Shown: piece after piece, positions 22,353 to 55,400 of the stretch | How positions within the stretch are numbered: the first letter of the stretch is position 1 | How the letters are laid out: the number at the start of each line of letters is the position of its first letter | Origin: Octopus sinensis | Lineage: Eukaryota | DNA: 64,000 nucleotides | Assembly: GCF_006345805.1 (NCBI RefSeq) | Contig: NC_042997.1 | Location: 15,314,001-15,378,000, forward strand | Reading direction: 5' to 3' | Translations under genes and position numbers: made by a program | Notes under the pieces: generated by a model | What the model saw: only the letters and a program-made list of their open reading frames with translations | What the model was told of the DNA's origin: nothing | Database searches by the model: none

Positions 22353-23145
22353 CAGGCTTTCAGTTTCCATCTATCAAATCCACTCACAAGACTTTGGGCA
22401 GCCTGAGGCTATAGTAAAAGGCACTTGCCCAAAGTGCCATGCTGTGGGACTGAACCCGGAACCGTGTGGTTGAGAAGCAAGCTTCTTACCACACAGCCCT
22501 GGTGTAGAATCTATGGTGGTTGGTGTGTAGAATGGCATTAGTGTTGTTAGTATTACATTTTTCTTTTTTTTTTTTCTTGTCAGGAAGGAAAGCAATGTCC
22601 ATGACCTGTTATAGGGCCTCTGAGACTGGAAGAGAGGTGGGATGAAGATATCTTTGTAACAGAAACCTATCCTGAATGTTTATAAGAGAGTGGACTCTGT
22701 GAAATGCACTGCACAAAGTATTAGTTGACAGTGTTAAAAACAAGTCAGCTGGTTATGTCCCCCTCTCAAGTAGGTCACAGTGGAATTTGAACTCAGAACA
22801 TAAAGAACTAGACTAAATACTGCAAAGCACCTAACCCAAAATTTCTTACTGTTCAGCCAATCCACTGCTCTTGATTAGTACTCTATTATCAACTCTGAAA
22901 GATGAAATACAAAGATGACCATGGTAGGAGTTGAACTTGGAATGCAGAGAACTAGGCCAAATACCATAAAGGAATGCAGAGAACTAGACCAAATACCATA
23001 AAGAATTTTGTCCGACAGTCTAACGACTCTGTTTTCCAGGTATCAAATATGTAGGAGTTAGTTCTGATCATGTAGAGCAGTGTTTCACTGACTCCTTTAA
23101 TTACTATTTTGTTCTGATAGACCCCAATAGCTATTTCATGTTTAA

Positions 23146-23364
23146 CCCTTTAGTATTTAAACCGGCCATATCCGGTTATAATATTTAATCTGTTTTATGT
23201 TCAAACTGACCAGATCCAGGCTCTCACACCTACCCTACAATGTTATTCTACATTAAGTAATTACACCATCAAGATCTTGAAGATATGAGATAATGCATGA
23301 TTAATTCAAATCAATGTGAATCAATAAGCATTATGTTTGATAGAATAATCTGAACACTAAAGGG
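23146..23364. mobile_element. piggyBac-type MITE, second subfamily
   Basis: TTAA|CCCTTTAGT ... ACTAAAGGG|TTAA, 219 bp; internal sequence similar to 40765-40964. Confidence 0.8.
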
Positions 23365-23966
23365 TTAAAACTAGTTTTATAGATACTTCTTTCAAAATTT
23401 CTATTTTGTTCATTAGACATTCACTTGTGTAGGTTGAATTATGTATAACGTGTGAGAAAGAAACCTAGAAATATAATTTTTAGTTTTTCAGTGAAGGACT
23501 CTGTGTTTTAAGGATTAAACTGTTTTAAGTCATAGTATAATTGCATATATCTTTTTAGTTTTTATTTTTAATTTGATTCTTGTTGATACAAACCAACCGC
23601 TACTGACTTATTAGTGGAGGCATGTGGCCTGGTGGTTAAGATGTTGGACTCCTGGTTATAAGATTGTGGTTTCAATTCTTGGACTGGATGATGCAGTGTA
23701 TTCTTGAGCAAAACACCTCATTTCACATTGTTGCAATCCCACAACTGGTAAAAATGAGTAATCTCGTGATGACTGGTATCCCACCCAAGGGGTAAATCTA
23801 TGTAAGCCACGGAAACTGGGAAACCAGCCCTTGTGAGTTCATAAGGCTCAAGAAGGTGGCTTTATCTGTATACTGACTTATTAATCCTGGTAGCTATTTT
23901 ATTAATTAACTATAGGAAGGACAACATTGTCTTGAATATTTGTCTAAATATACTGACTATTGAAAG

Positions 23967-24277
23967 TGGAGGCACATGGCCTAGTTGTTAGACCAGTGGA
24001 TCTTACGGTCGAGGGATCGTGGGTTCGAATCTCAGACCCACGAATCTCAGACCGGGCGATGTGTGTGTTTATGAGCAAAACACCTAAGCTCCACGCGGCT
24101 CCGGCAGAAGGTAATGGTGAACTTCTGCTGACTCTTTCGCCACGACTTTGTCTCACTCTTTCCTCCTGCATCTTTTAGCTCATCTGCGACGGACTGGCGT
24201 CCCGTCCAAGTGGGGAACCTATATGCCAAGGAAACTGGGAAACCCGCCCTCATGAGCCAGGCGTGGCTCAAGAAGGA
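23967..24277 (+). mobile_element. tRNA-derived SINE family E (D-like head, V-domain-like 3' half)
   Basis: TSD ACTGACTATTGAAAG (23952-23966, 24278-24292); contains CTGCGACGGACTGGCGTCCCGTCCA; second copy at ~29514-29858. Confidence 0.85.
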
Positions 24278-24397
24278 ACTGACTATTGAAAGGAAAACAA
24301 TTTAATTTTGGACTGTTATGTTCCTCCTAAAAATGCTAAGTGCTGTACTGTAAATCTTTCACTCACAGTTTACCAGTCTGAAGTAAGAAACTAGAGA

Positions 24398-44398
<20,001 letters not shown>

Positions 44399-44647
44399 AA
44401 ACCAATGATGAATGACAAAAAATAATATTTTATATAAGATTGTAATTATATCTTTTTGTGTTAATGTTACATGGTGGCACTCAGATGTTTTTTTTTTTCG
44501 TTACCTGTTTTATATAAATTGAAATTTCTGACAATTTAACTCTTTTCCTGTCCTGTGTGTGTGTCTCATGTGATACATGATTGTTTCCTTGGCAACCGTG
44601 CATTGTATATGATACACATTTCCAGTTTCTGTCAGTCACCAGATTGT

Positions 44648-45881
44648 ATATATACAATCAAGAATATCCGAAATTATGGGGGGGGGGATTGCTCGTTTCT
44701 TTTTTTTTGTTTTTCTTTTTGTATAACTGAATACAGGAAAATATTTTGTAGGCAAATCGGGGCACTCCGTCGGTTACGACGACGAGGGTTCCAGTTCATC
44801 TGATCAACGGAACAGCTTTCTCATGAAATTAACGCGCAAGTGGCTGAGTACTCCACAGACATGTGTACCCTTAATGTAGTTCTCAGGGAGATTCAGTGTG
44901 ACACAGATTGTAACAAGGCTGGCCCTTTGAAATACAGGTACAAAAGAAACATGAAAGAGAAAGTTGTGGTGAAAGTGTACAGCAGGGTTCACCCCCCCCC
45001 CCCCACCCTGTTGATTTATGAAAGGAGAACTTTATATTACTCAGAACACTTGACAAAGCTTTAAATAGAAGTCTGAAAACAAGCACAGCGGTTTTGGACA
45101 AATATGAAAATGCTTTCAATAGGCAAAGTATTGAAATGTTCCCTTTCCTAAAAAAGAATTAATAGTTACCATTTGAAGTGATACAACAAAGAGTTATGTA
45201 CCCTAATGTCCAAATGTCAAGTTGGCTTTCTATGGTTGAACTTTTTGTTTAGAGTTATTTCCCTTGAAATTATTTGTTTTGAAATGTATTCAAAGAGTTA
45301 CGTCCCCTGCAGCACTTCTGTCCATCGACACGACGCAAAATGTCGCCGGTGTTAATTCTTCCTTTCATATTTATACTATTTTCCTACAGTGGATGCGTAA
45401 TGGTCCAGTGATTAGGGCAGAGGACTCGCGGTCGTAGGATTGCGGTTTTGGTTCCCAGACCGGGCGTTGTGAGTGTTTATTGAGCGAAAACACCTAAAGC
45501 TCCACGAGGCTCCAACAAGAGGCGGGAGGTGGGGTTTGAACCCTGCTGTACACTTTCACCACAACTTTCTCTTTCATGTTTCTTTTGTACCTGTATTTCA
45601 AAGGGCCAGCCTTGTTACAATCTGTGTCACGCTGAATCTCCCTGAGAACTACATTAAGGGTACACATGTCTATGGAGTACTCAGCCACTTGCACGTTAAT
45701 TTCATGAGAAGGCTGTTCCGTTGATCAGATGAACTGGAACCCTCGTCGTCGTAACCGACGGAGTGCCCCGATTTGCCTACAAAATATTTTCCTGTATTAT
45801 ACAGTTATACAAAAAGAAAAACCAAAAAAAAAACCAGCAATCCCCCCCCCCATAATTTCGGATATTCTTGATTGTATATAT
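44648..45881. repeat. Long inverted duplication (arms 44648-44990 and 45538-45881) containing a family-D SINE 3' part plus ~110 bp of non-SINE flank
   Basis: Arms are near-perfect reverse complements, including the unique flank and copy-specific SINE variants. Confidence 0.92.
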
Positions 45882-45882
45882 C

Positions 45883-46280
45883 TCTTTTACTCTTTTACTT
45901 GTTTCAGTCATTTGACTGTGGCCATGCTGGAGCACCGCCTTCAGTCGAGCAAATCGACCCCGGGACTTATTCTTTGTAAGCCCAGTACTTATTCTATCGG
46001 TCTCTTTTGCCGAACCGCTAAGTGACGGGGACGCAAACACACCAGCATTGGTTGTCAAGCAATGCTAGGGGGACAAACACACAAACACACACATATACAT
46101 ATATATACATATATACGGCAGGCTTCTTTCAGTTTCCGTCTACCAAATCCACTCACAAGGCATTGGTCGGCCCGGGGCTAAAGCAGAAGACACTTGCCCA
46201 AGATGCCACGCAGTGGGACTGAACCCGGAACCATGTGGTTGGTTAGCAAGCTACTTACCACACAGCCACTCCTGCGCCTA
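45883..46280 (-). mobile_element. SINE family A
   Basis: Full-length reverse copy. Confidence 0.9.
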
Positions 46281-46539
46281 TTTGTGACTTTTATCGTTTT
46301 TACTGAATTCAGCTACTGGACTGCGTCCTTGCTGGAGCACCGCCTTGAATGGTTTAGTCAAACAAATCGAACCCAATACTTATTCTTTTTAAAATCAGTT
46401 ACTTAGTGCGTTGATCTCCTTTTGCTGAACCGTTTAGTTACGAGGAGGTAAACGAACCAAAACCGGTTGTCAAGTGATGTGTTTTCGTTGGACAAACACA
46501 GAGGCAATGTTGAACACACACATACATATATACATAGTA

Positions 46540-46715
46540 TTGCAACGGCTTGGGTTTTAGGGGACCACAGCTGTTTAATATCTTGCCAAGGAACCTAAGA
46601 GATCTGCAAGGTATAGATGTATTAACGTTGAAAAAGTACCTGAACAAATTTCTATCTGAAATACCAGATGCGTCCACATCACGACAGGAGGCACAAAGGA
46701 GAACAACTCGCCTTT
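46540..46715 (+). mobile_element. LINE ORF2 C-terminal fragment (CR1/L2/Jockey group)
   Basis: GFRGPQLFNILPRNLRDLQGIDV..LKKYLNKFLSEIPD. Confidence 0.7.
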
Positions 46716-46785
46716 TCGCCAAAAACTACCGAAAGGAGACCCAAAACACTGAAACTAGTAAAAGAACTACATACATGCATGCATG

Positions 46786-46819
<34 letters not shown>

Positions 46820-47187
46820 CATACACACATATACACACACACACACGCACGTGATGGGCTACACAGTTTCCGTCTCTCAAATGTTCTCGCAATGCATTAG
46901 TCGACCCAAGGCTATAAGGTGGCATACAGTGGGATTGAAACCAAAACCTCGTGGTTGCAAAGCGAGTTTCTTAACCACACATCCATTCCTACGCTTATTA
47001 AAATTTTATTTATTTTTTAATATTTTTTTTATACCCCAGCATGTGAATAATGCGTCGTTGGCCACAAGTCTCTAACTGACCAAATTCCTGACTTACTACA
47101 GCGAGAGCATCTACAGCTCTCACATCTGAATAGCACCAGTTCTTTTGCCGACTTATGTATCCTTCACTCATATATTGGTGAAAGATA

Positions 47188-47581
47188 TCTTTATATATAA
47201 ATGTAAAGTTGTGTGTCTGTCTCCTCCGATTTAAATTCCTAACTACTCCCACATTTTGCGGTGCAGTTTAACCAAAAGTGGGTATCTTATAGTCGTGATT
47301 CATATCGAGCCCTTCTGGGTACTAGCGCACGTCTACGATGAGTCTACGATTAAAAAAAAAAATTACCATACTTTTTTCCCATTTTTGATGCATTTTTTGC
47401 TATTATATAAGGGAAGTAACTCTCTAAAAATGTATTATTAAATCTCAGAACGTAAAAAGCTACAGTAACACCCCCCTTTGTGGTTAGCCATATTGAGATG
47501 GCTATTATACTTTACATCTCTAAAAATGCTTATATAGTTATTTCCCTTACAAACCCGAGCAACGCCGGGCGATACTGCTAG
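47188..47581 (+). mobile_element. Non-autonomous Helitron, family 1 copy b
   Basis: A|TC start, same subterminal hairpin, CTAG|T end, no target duplication. Confidence 0.85.
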
Positions 47582-48599
47582 TTCAATATATATTCTTGTA
47601 TGTGTGTATGTGTGCGTTATAATTCGCTCATACACACATATTACTCATGTACACACAACTGGATTCTGCAAAGTATTCTTCTACTAAATTTAGCTCGGAA
47701 GTTATTATTCAGCCAAAGACGGTGCACTCTGGGAATGAACCAAGAATCATATGGCTGCAAATTGAACTTAAAATGAGCATTTTCTAATAGTGGCCCTAAT
47801 AGTTGAAAATATTCGAAGAGTTATTTATTTGTATTTCTTCCCGATACCAATTCTATGTTAGACATAGTTTTATTTTATGCAAGTTCCCTGACACGTGAAA
47901 TTACAAGCATTGTTGCTAGTTTTTGATACAGGCACAGTTAAAGCTATTTGGAATAGAAATTTACTTCCCAACCAAATGGTTCCGGGTTCAGTCCCACTGG
48001 GTGGCACCTTGATACTGTGTGATAGTTGAATATTAGTATCACTATCATAAAAGCAATGTCATTCACTGTCAATATTATACAAAGACATGTCTGGCCCATA
48101 GGGAAATATTTCCTTTCTCGAAAACAGGTGAAAATTGGCAATAGGGAGGCCGTAGAAAATATCCCTCCATAAATCCCTTCTGTTTTATGCAAGCAAGGAA
48201 ACGTGAATGTTAAAACAATGATGATGTCTTTTTTTTTTTTTTGCTGCTGGTTGACAAGTGTGTAGGCTAACTGGCGAATATTAAATTTTATATATTATAT
48301 GCACACTGAAAATAGTGGCTTACAAAATAGGACATTATTGTAATTCGAGATATATGTTGGATGACCATGGACGAAATATCTTTGATCATAAGTTTGATCC
48401 AGGCTCAGCTGACGCTTGATAACACATATAGGTACATCTACCAACATAAAATAAAACATCAATATGGTGTATGTTCTTTGTAAATAAACTCGAACATTTA
48501 AGATTAACAATAAATGTTAATTATGAAAGGTCGCTGCTCTGGAAATAAAATCTATAATTATTCACAATACAGCATGAAACCTACGCTTGTTTTCTGTTG

Positions 48600-51340
48600 G
48601 GTTTTCATAATTTGTTTACTTTTGGCGACTTCGATCGCTTGAATCAGTTATTTAGATTTCTTGATGTGATCACTATTACGACAGTGTTTGCCTCCTGGTT
48701 TGCCTGCCCGGAAGAGAAAAAAAAAGAAGGAAAGTGGTTCAGAGCAATCGGGGAAAATTTGACCATCGTTCTCCATCCCGCCTCCAATTATGCTTGTTTG
48801 ATGTAGGAAAATAAAGGAACGAAAAGAAAGAGTTAGCCCATTACCAATTCCACTTGCTAACTACTGTTTCGGAGAGAAGCAACGGGTAGTCATTGTCGCT
48901 GTTATCTTCTTCAAAGGCTGCCTTGACTTCTATCAATGAATGCGATATCAGACGGACGCAGACTCCTCATAATGACCGAGTGTACCAGCAATATGAAGAA
49001 CAGGTACTACAACATCGTAAAAGCTGGCTCTTTTACCTGTACCGGAAACCTCTTGTAGCCGGTCTCCTGCGACGCGAAGAGGAATTGAAGGGGGCTAAAA
49101 AACTTATCTCACGAAATAGCTGAAGAACCATGATAACAACTGACTGAAATCGTAGACTATGCCAACATGCAGCTGATTATATACAGGTGAAACGCAAAGA
49201 AGAGATAATGACTCTTAGAATTCTGTGTAGGCCCTGACAAAGAGGTGCTTGAGTGATATTTCGGAGCAAACTCATTCACATCAATCGACATGGAAAGGTG
49301 AAGTTGAGATGCCACTCGGAGACACTTGCGAGGAAGTATTTCATTGTCTTATGTTGGAGAGTAATCTCACCCTCATTTCTAAAAGGGCTGTGCGATGGTG
49401 ACGACGTGGGATACTCCACCCGGGTAAATGTTTTGTGACTGTCGGCAGGAGTAGTACTGGAAGAATCGAGAAAGGGGCTGGACGTGGGTAAGTACCAGGA
49501 AAATTGGTCACGGGTTGACATCAAAGTTTAGATGTAGATCTCAAGAAATCCTGAAGAATATATTCGACAAATCCGTCGAATGGAATCCAACTGCTTGCTG
49601 TGGTAATGGTGATTGGAAAAACTCACGTTTCTCATGATATTAACAACCACCTGAGGGAAAAGCCCGCCTACCACAGCCACAACATTGTAGGCAATCAAAA
49701 ACCACAGCCAGGTGGTCAAAAAGTTGCACCACCTACCTCGCCCAGATTCAATTTTAAGTGGCTACAAGGTGTACACCTAATTCGGTTGGCCCAGAAAGAG
49801 TTGAGTGACTGTAGTGAAAGGTTCAAAAAGTAAAATGTTTCATTTCGTAAGTATTGGCTTCAAATTTTGGCACAAGGCCAGAAATTCCGGGAAGGGGGCT
49901 AAGTCGATTACATAACCTCAATGCTCAACTGGTATTTATTTCATTGACTCCGAAAGGACCTTGACGGAATTTGAACTCAGAACCTAGAGGCGGACGAAAT
50001 GCCGCTAAGCATTCCCCAGCATGCTAACTGTTCTGTTAGCTCACTGCTTTAAGTATTGCTGTTGTTGACCAAAGCGCAATTAAATTTCTCCTGGTGTTAG
50101 ACTCTCTTTACTCTTTTACTCTTTTACTTGTTTCAGTCATTTGACTGCGGCCATGCTGGAGCACCGCCTTTAGTCGAGTAAATCGATCCCGGGACTTATT
50201 CTTTGTAAGCCCAGTACTTATTCTATCGGTCTATTTTGCCGAACCGCTAGATGACGGGGACATAAACACACAAGCATCGGTTGTCAAGCAATGCTAGGGA
50301 GACATACACACGCATACATATATATACATATATACGACAGGCTTCTTTCAGTTTCCGTCTACCAAATCCACTCACAAGGCATTGGTCGGCCCGGGGCTAT
50401 AGCAGAAGACACTTGCCCAAGATGCCACGCAGTGGGACCGAACCCAGGACCATGTGGTTGGTTAGCAAGCTACTTACCACACAGCCACTCCTGCGCCTAT
50501 AGACGTAGATAATGAAGTACTCATATTCTCGCAGTTTTTCACAGTTGCTGGCGTAGAATCTCGGCATGGAGTTTTTCGTGCGGTACTACACTTGCACTGC
50601 TTATTGAAAAATGAATGGTATGTCAGTGGTCCTGAACGTGAACGACCGTGAAGAGGATCTCTTCAGACTACTCGTCGTTTATGGTTGGGGCCGGGTAGCC
50701 AGGGTTAGTTTGTAATTTGCTGGTTCAGCATCGGAACAAAAAACAGAGAGAGAAGGAGAGAGCTAGCCAAAGAAATTGCATGTGATGTTTCAATGAGACG
50801 TACAAAGATTACGTTGTCCCAGCTAAAAGTTTATGCTTTTGAGCACAGAAGCCAAAGCTGTTCGGTGTGTGCGGACAGTAGAGGTACAACATATAAACAA
50901 AATTGCAATTCGGATTTCAGTGGACAACAGTGGACGTGGGTATTCGATTTCAGAGACGTGTATGAGCGCAGTGGAATGCAACTGAGGCAGCAACAAAAAC
51001 AGCAAATCACAGCTTCCTGAGTATCATTAGTCAGAAATGCAGGAATGGCAAAGTTGATTAATTTGTACCCAGTTCCAGAAACAAGTGGGCAGACATCCCG
51101 TTCCCTGACAGTAACATGCAATAGCATCGCTTCATTGTTGTGTGACGAGGAAGATATAATAGTTGCAGAAGGAAAGTGTCCAAATTATCAAGGAAAAAAA
51201 TAAAAGTAAAAAGAAAAAAAATGCAAAAATATCAAAAGAACGCAACGATGGGGAACAACCACATCAGAACAACAATGATGCCCCTCCTCAGAATAATGAT
51301 GAAGACGGAGCCTTTGAAGATCAAAGCGATAACTAACAGA
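48600..51340 (+). mobile_element. Highly decayed retroelement-like region(s), possibly non-LTR ORF1 relics, interrupted by SINEs
   Basis: Higher-complexity, purine-rich, broken ORFs; the 48642-48769 segment recurs at 43512-43623; no diagnostic motif confidently recognised. Confidence 0.3.
50104..50499 (-). mobile_element. SINE family A
   Basis: Full-length reverse copy. Confidence 0.9.
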
Positions 51341-52031
51341 TAAAACCATGCATCCATGGCGCCATGGATATTCCGTCAGTGACTTAAAAAATGACGTAAC
51401 CGCTGTTAATAGGTGTATTTGGGTGGACGAGACGAAAGTACGAGTAATGCCAAGCGGGTAGGGATGTGGGGTGCTCTAACTCGATCTAACCAGTAGTTTT
51501 CTTCACTGTGTGAGGACAAGAACCAAAGACATTTTCCTACTTATTTCCTTTTAATTACACCTTGTTTTAATTATGGCGTGGTTTATTGTACTTTCTTATT
51601 TGTTCTGTGTAAATATCTACGCTTTATAAAATTTTAATTCCTCCGTTTGTATATTGTTTAACGTTTTTTATGCCATTCCTTCGTATAACTTATATGTTCT
51701 ACTCCCTACGTTTTCGTAGGGACATCGTCATTTCAACGCTTTTTAACATTTTTTTTCTGTATCTTTACGTGTCCTTGTGCCGATTAAGGAAAAGATTCTT
51801 GCTATTGTAGTAGTCACTTGTGGTCAGTCAACCCCCCCCCCCAATTAGTTGTCAGTTCTTCAAAATAAGTCTTTTGATTTTCTTATTCGATATTCCTAGT
51901 AATAAACATTAGTCAAATACTCATTGGTTTCATTGCTGATGTCATTTAGCTCCAGCTTAGCTTTGATCTAGCTGATCTATGACCAGAGGTATTCCAACCA
52001 AGAACGTCCCATCTTTTGTGTATATATATAT

Positions 52032-52068
<37 letters not shown>

Positions 52069-53420
52069 CTGAATTTGTTTTCTATGGTATCTGATTGATT
52101 CGATTGATTGATTGATTCTAGTTTCAGCTCATGAGCTGTGGCCATGCTGGGGCACCACCATATCTATCTATTTATTTAGTCATTTATTTATTTATTTATT
52201 TATTTATTTACTTATTTAAATGTAGATATATACATACATATCAATTATTTATTTTAATAATATATGGATACATGTATACTAGTTTGTACTTATACTCTGT
52301 ATGTAATTTTAATTATTTCTTCTTATTTATTTTATCACATTTTAATCTTAAGTAATTACAATTTATTAACTTATAATTAATTTAATTTTTGTTATTTACT
52401 TATATACCATTGTATTGGTAAGTCCTCCACTGATATTATTTAATGCAAAATCCTGTTAATTATTACATTTGTATCTATGTGTCCACTGATGCTTAAAAGT
52501 ATATTTATATATAAGTACTATGAATGTTTACTCGCAAGTCATATATGAAAATATACGGTGCGTATGTGTATGTCTGTTGTTATACATGAGTATTATTATG
52601 GGCATGTATATTTGAGTGTAATTCTATTAGTTCGTAGGATAGGTTCTTTGATGGATAAATATTAATATTATAATGGCATTGGATTTATTACGTAGAAATG
52701 ATATATATTTATGCTATAAATGTCTTGTCTTGTTTGTTTATATATCCCAGAATATTTCCGTATTTTGACTTCTTACAATTAATCTCTTATAATTTAATTG
52801 CTATAAACCGATGTCAATTTAGTATATGTATGTTTCTATGTCTATTGATAGTCAAACAAAAATGTTTAATCTATACTTTATAACTTAGCATACATTTGAT
52901 TATAACAAATTACGGTGAATTCAGTAAACGTTATGTTATGTAATACTATGACTACAGAAAAAACGGTGCCATATGAATTGTGTACCTTATGAAAAATTAC
53001 ATTCTATGTCTTGATATAAATATATGTATCTTTATAACAAATATTTTATGGAAATATGTGAGTGGATCTTCTTAGTTAATATAGCGGCATTGTTGTCGTT
53101 TTGGAGAGGCTTGATGGCTGCATAGTTACGATTATACCTCTTTTATTATTTATTTATTTATTTATGTGTTTGACTGTGTTTGTGGATATGTATGTGTATG
53201 AGTGTATGTGTGTGTGTATACATATAATTATGTATGTATGTGCGATGGATCTGTGGATGTGCGTGTGCGTATGTGTGTTTCTTGACTAACTAACCGTAAA
53301 ATTTCTTTTGTGATTCAAATTTAAAACTATAAGCCAATCGAATCAATATCAAGCGGACAGAAGAATTAGACTTATAGATATGTAGATGTCCGACTGATGT
53401 ACTTGGTACAGTCATGGTTG

Positions 53421-53456
<36 letters not shown>

Positions 53457-53805
53457 TATTATTATTATTATTATTATTAATATTAATAGTAATTTTTATT
53501 GACTTTTGTAGGGTTATAATTTTATGAACTGAACTGTGTGTTTTTTTTATTATTTTTTATGTATATGTCTGATTTAAATTTAAATGTGAGTGTGCATATA
53601 TTTTCCTGTAGGTTAGTTTTGGAACTAGAAGTCCAATATGTAGAATAACTGTGTTTGTTAATGTATATTGATATATTTTGTTTATCTTGTATTATTGTAT
53701 TAATGAGTATATATATATGTGTAGTATTATGAGTGTCTATGCACACGTTTTTATATTTTATATTTTTATATTTATATGTAAAAAATTTTTTTCACACTTA
53801 TAATA

Positions 53806-53921
53806 AATTCTCTGAAGAGGCCGTGGGACATCCTTGTTAATGTCTCATTTATACCTGCCTTATATGGCTTATAGGTTAAATGGGGCATACTTGTCCTTAC
53901 GGCCGAAACAGCTGTCAGATA
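53806..53921 (+). ncRNA. Type I hammerhead ribozyme motif with extended stem II (Penelope-type)
   Basis: CUGAAGA (53812-53818), stem II GGCCGUGGGACA...UGUCCUUACGGCC, GAAA (53905-53908), palindromic ACAGCUGU, GUC cleavage triplet (53914-53916); short stem I UCU/AGA. Confidence 0.75.
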
Positions 53922-54107
53922 TGATATAATTATATATTATATATTATATTTTATATTTTATATTTCTATTTCCTTGTTTAATTATATTTACAATATATTT
54001 TGTATAATGCCTTTGCTGTTATGTAATGGTGTAATAAAGTATTGATTGGGTATCATCTGATGGTTGATGTTTGATTGATTTAAGTATGTTTCTCCATTTT
54101 CTAATTT

Positions 54108-54147
<40 letters not shown>

Positions 54148-54184
54148 CATACATACATACACACACACACATATTTATATACAT

Positions 54185-54239
<55 letters not shown>

Positions 54240-55400
54240 ATGCATTATCTAATGTGTTTGTTCTTTCATTTTAAGACGGTAATTTGAAGGAAGTTTGGCT
54301 GCTATTTTTAACGGCTCAAACGACCGCATTGATGTTCCCTTGTTAGGCTTTTTAAGGTCATGTCTACGAATGTTGTATAGAAATTATAGCCAGCATTGAT
54401 TATTTTTTTACGACGTTTCATATCCAAGACGTCAGCTGTAAGCAAACAATGAGAGAACGCATTACGCATTGCTTAAACAGCCACCAAATACAGCGGTGTA
54501 ACCTTATTGGATATACCAATTTTACATATTAACTGACGTCTCGGATACGAAACGTCGTAACAGAAATCAGTGTTGGCTACAATTTCTAACACAGTAGAAC
54601 ACGGTATTGACTCATAAAACTGTTTAATACACCAGCTGATCTAGCAAGCGGGGCCTAATTTCAATGAGGTGAGGGGCTCCGAAAGGGATCTCGGGGAGTA
54701 GCGTCCCTGCCTTGCTGAGCTAGTTTTCCGCCACATTTCTTAAAAATCGTGGTAGAGACCTTAGTCTTGGAACCACTCATGTCTAGAAACTGTGGCTGGG
54801 GGTAAACAAGAGCATGCTCCCTGTAGAAAATTCAGCTAAAAAAAAACAAAAACAAAAAAAAACCTCATGGTAGCAAAGGAGAATGGGCACCAGCCAGCCA
54901 GCCAGCCCAAAGGTTACGGTGGGCTACACCTGCCTACCTTGGTTGCTATGGCATTGAGGTAGATCCCGTCAACCCCGTAACGGAGACAAGACCCGGATTT
55001 AAAACACTGGAGGATGATGATAATGATTGGCCGGGTGGGGGCGGGTGCAATGATGCCGTCGAATGGTAGGCCCCCAAACGACGCGCATTCTCTCCTGATG
55101 ACCCCATAAACTTGCTAGAGTTTAACTGGTAACGCTTGTATCAGCAGGTTGTTTGCGAAGAATGTATTACGGTTGCATAACGAAATACCGCGTACCTGTA
55201 AGTCATTGATAATTCTTAGGCTTTATAAGAGTCACCTTTCTTCATTCGACTTACAAAAAATGAAATATTAGAAGCTAAAGCCCGCAAAGTGAAGCCGCTT
55301 AGCAAAGATTGGCCTTGAATTCTGCTGTGCATGCGCACTAAGTTTTAATGTTCTACTTCACTTCCGCTGTTTTTAGTAGTGCTTCGAAGGAAGGTGTGTA

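Noticed and set aside
52150-53800. Possible Penelope RT/GIY-YIG body upstream of the long hammerhead
   Set aside because: Very AT-rich, and I could not recover convincing RT or GIY-YIG motifs on either strand; needs tBLASTn.
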